Positions 55,840 to 57,782 of a stretch of DNA of 57,782 nucleotides are shown here, in pieces. The stretch's first letter is position 1; the number at the start of each line of letters is the position of its first letter. The position numbers and the translations under genes are program-made. The notes beneath the pieces were generated by a model. The model worked only from the letters and a program-made list of their open reading frames with translations, ran no database searches and was not told the DNA's origin. The stretch comes from a virus (taxonomy: Duplodnaviria; Caudoviricetes): IMG/VR virus record IMGVR_UViG_3300032116_000235, positions 1 to 57,782 of that record; one strand, given 5' to 3'.

Positions 55840-57051
55840 ATGCCTAACGATTGTATCCCATTGGCGACAGTTCAAAACTTCGCCTCCAAAGATGTAAACC
55901 GCATCATCGGCCAGATTGGCCGTGTGCTCGCTCGCAAATCGCCATATATCAACTCGATTGACGGCGGAACTCTTCCGAATGTTTCGGATGTTGTCCGTTC
56001 TGTCGTTGAGGAAATGGCGGTTCCTGCCGCTTCGCTCGCCGCTCCTCAATTCGTGAATGACACCACCCTCTGCGGTGTTGGCGCAACTCCTGACCAAGTT
56101 GGTTCGACCGAGTATCAATTCCAACTCCAGACCCTCCGTGGCGCTGGTCCGCGAGTTTGCGTTAAACAAGCTCGCACCGCATTCAAAGGTTCTTATCTCC
56201 AAGCTCAAATCGCTCTTGAGAAAACGATCCTTCAAATCATCAATGCCGACATCCGCTATCAGTATCTCCTTCAGTCTGGTATTAAGTTCGTGGTTGATAG
56301 CACAAAGACTTTCAGCCAGAGCTTGACTGGTGATATGCAAGTTCTCGGTGCTCCTTGGGCTACTGGTTCGGTGCCAAACGCCCCCATGAACTTCAAGACT
56401 CTCTATAAGATCGGATCGTTCTTGCGTGAGGAAATGCTTGCTGAACCTTTTGCTACCAGCAAAGGCGAGTTCTTCCAAGTTATGGCTTCTGCGGATCAGA
56501 TTGAGAACTTCCGTAACGATGCGGATGTTAAAGAGGATTTGATTGGTCTCACAACTGGCAGCTTCAAACTCGGCGAAGAGTCGATTAGCGGTTATCAGTT
56601 CATGGGTTATCGCGGATTTGCATTCGGAATCGACCAACAGCCGCTCCGCGCTACTGGTTTTGATGGTTCTGGCAATCTCATTCTTGTTAATCCTACCATC
56701 TCGACCGCCGTTACTAATGGCTTTGCTCAACGCCGTAATCCGGCTTGGGTATCGGCTCCTTACGAGGTTATGTTTGTCATCGCTGGTGAAGCGTTCAAGC
56801 GTTTGGTTCCTGAGTCCTATACTGGCGAAGGCACCTTCCGTTTTGCTCCTCAACTCGCCATGGGCGAACTGGAGTGGACTTACTTCCGCGACAACGATTG
56901 TAACCTCTACGGTGACTTCGGTCAGCACATTTATCAAATTCAGCGTGCGATTCAGCCAATCCGTCCGCAGAATGTGTGCGCGATTGTCTATAAGCGTTGC
57001 CCATTTGATGGTATCCCTCTTGCCTGCTCGACCTCTGCAACTGGTCTGTAA
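55840..57051 (+). CDS. Major capsid protein
   Basis: 403 aa downstream of scaffold block, own promoter and leader, downstream hairpin. Confidence 0.75.
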   Translation: MPNDCIPLATVQNFASKDVNRIIGQIGRVLARKSPYINSIDGGTLPNVSDVVRSVVEEMAVPAASLAAPQFVNDTTLCGVGATPDQVGSTEYQFQLQTLRGAGPRVCVKQARTAFKGSYLQAQIALEKTILQIINADIRYQYLLQSGIKFVVDSTKTFSQSLTGDMQVLGAPWATGSVPNAPMNFKTLYKIGSFLREEMLAEPFATSKGEFFQVMASADQIENFRNDADVKEDLIGLTTGSFKLGEESISGYQFMGYRGFAFGIDQQPLRATGFDGSGNLILVNPTISTAVTNGFAQRRNPAWVSAPYEVMFVIAGEAFKRLVPESYTGEGTFRFAPQLAMGELEWTYFRDNDCNLYGDFGQHIYQIQRAIQPIRPQNVCAIVYKRCPFDGIPLACSTSATGL

Positions 57052-57066
57052 TGGTTGATTGATACG

Positions 57067-57096
57067 GGAGGCACGGATAATTTCGTCCGTGCCTCC
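57067..57096 (+). terminator. 11-bp GC-rich hairpin after capsid gene
   Basis: ggaggcacgga-taatttcg-tccgtgcctcc; no U-tract, so possibly an mRNA stabiliser. Confidence 0.55.
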
Positions 57097-57120
57097 AAAT
57101 CAGTTAATCAAAAAAGCATT

Positions 57121-57381
57121 ATGGATACACCATCTATTCTTGATACAGCCAAATTCCGCCATCTTGTTTTAGATAGCGTAAATTCTTTGCAAAGCGCAAT
57201 TCAGGGATTCCAAATTCCCGAATTTGATGAATTAACCCTAACATATTATGGGGCGACCAATAATGTTGCGACTGTTGTTTATAAAAAAGCAAGCAATACA
57301 GTTGCTACTCTTACTTTGGAATATTCTGTTCAACCTCCTACTGCGAATGATGCAAATCTTGTCAAAGTAAGTATTTCTTAA
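57121..57381 (+). CDS. Small structural protein (head decoration/fibre associated)
   Basis: ATG at 57121 after the hairpin; LTY....VATVVY....VATLTL.Y. Confidence 0.55.
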   Translation: MDTPSILDTAKFRHLVLDSVNSLQSAIQGFQIPEFDELTLTYYGATNNVATVVYKKASNTVATLTLEYSVQPPTANDANLVKVSIS

Positions 57382-57382
57382 T

Positions 57383-57782
57383 ATGGCTCTGACATTTAAT
57401 CCCTTTACAGGAAAATTCGATTATATTGGAAATTCTGGTGTAGGCGCAACGGGTGCTACAGGCCCAAGCGGCGGCCCAGTCGGCGCGACGGGAAGCACTG
57501 GCGCAACTGGCGTTGGGGCGACAGGAGCTACCGGAACTATTGGTGGACAGGGTTCTACAGGCGCAACCGGAACTGCTGGCGTTGACGGAGCCACAGGCGC
57601 TACAGGGATAGGCGCAAGCGGTGCAACAGGCGTTGGTTCTACTGGCGCAACTGGCCCTGCTGGTGCTGGAGGCGCATCTGGATACTACGGATCGTATTTT
57701 AGCAATGTAGATCAAACTGCTGCCGCGACTAATACTGCATACGCAATGACAGTAAATAATGTCATTGGACAAAATGGTGTAT
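57383..57782 (+). CDS. Partial collagen-like fibre protein (5' end)
   Basis: [14 protein letters not shown] then GATG repeats, GYYGSYF; runs off the window. Confidence 0.7.
   Translation, partial: MALTFNPFTGKFDYIGNSGVGATGATGPSGGPVGATGSTGATGVGATGATGTIGGQGSTGATGTAGVDGATGATGIGASGATGVGSTGATGPAGAGGASGYYGSYFSNVDQTAAATNTAYAMTVNNVIGQNGV

Noticed and set aside
55687-56937. 416-aa minus-strand ORF
   Set aside because: Antisense shadow of the major capsid gene with no recognisable motifs
1-57782. Alternative genetic code, tRNA genes, introns/inteins
   Set aside because: Long ORFs tile the genome under the standard code using all three stops; no cloverleaf, intron or intein signatures noticed by eye

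Overview
This window is most of a dsDNA tailed bacteriophage genome with a podovirus-like structural module. It appears circularly permuted, with partial ORFs at both ends, and essentially all genes lie on the + strand. Gene order: lysis cassette (0.36-1.5 kb); collagen-like fibre and a chaperone-bearing tail fibre; head-tail adaptor-like and nozzle-like proteins; an ejection-protein cluster interrupted by a PAPS-reductase-like/CxxCxxCC enzyme pair; a 3028-aa polyvalent-type protein; early genes (LuxR HTH, DUF932, glycosylase); recombination and lambdoid-type replication genes (SSAP, exonuclease, SSB, RusA, DUF1376 initiator, DnaC-like loader); MazG and glycosyltransferases; HNH/TerS/TerL; a ParB-TET/JBP-glycosyltransferase DNA-modification cassette; portal; scaffold; a glycosyltransferase/methyltransferase block; major capsid protein. 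I saw no integrase, CI-type repressor, DNA polymerase, tRNA or CRISPR array. Most start codons have A/T-rich leaders without Shine-Dalgarno motifs, so a Verrucomicrobia/Bacteroidota-type host is a weak inference. Most notable: (1) an ~80% identical second copy of the putative origin iteron array sits just upstream of the first early promoter; (2) three consecutive ejection-cluster proteins share a C-terminal motif next to two possible modifying enzymes; (3) the TET/JBP cassette lacks a visible DNA methylase; (4) a candidate capsid-glycosylation block; (5) a highly structured leader before the major capsid gene. All family calls are from motif recognition by eye, not database searches.
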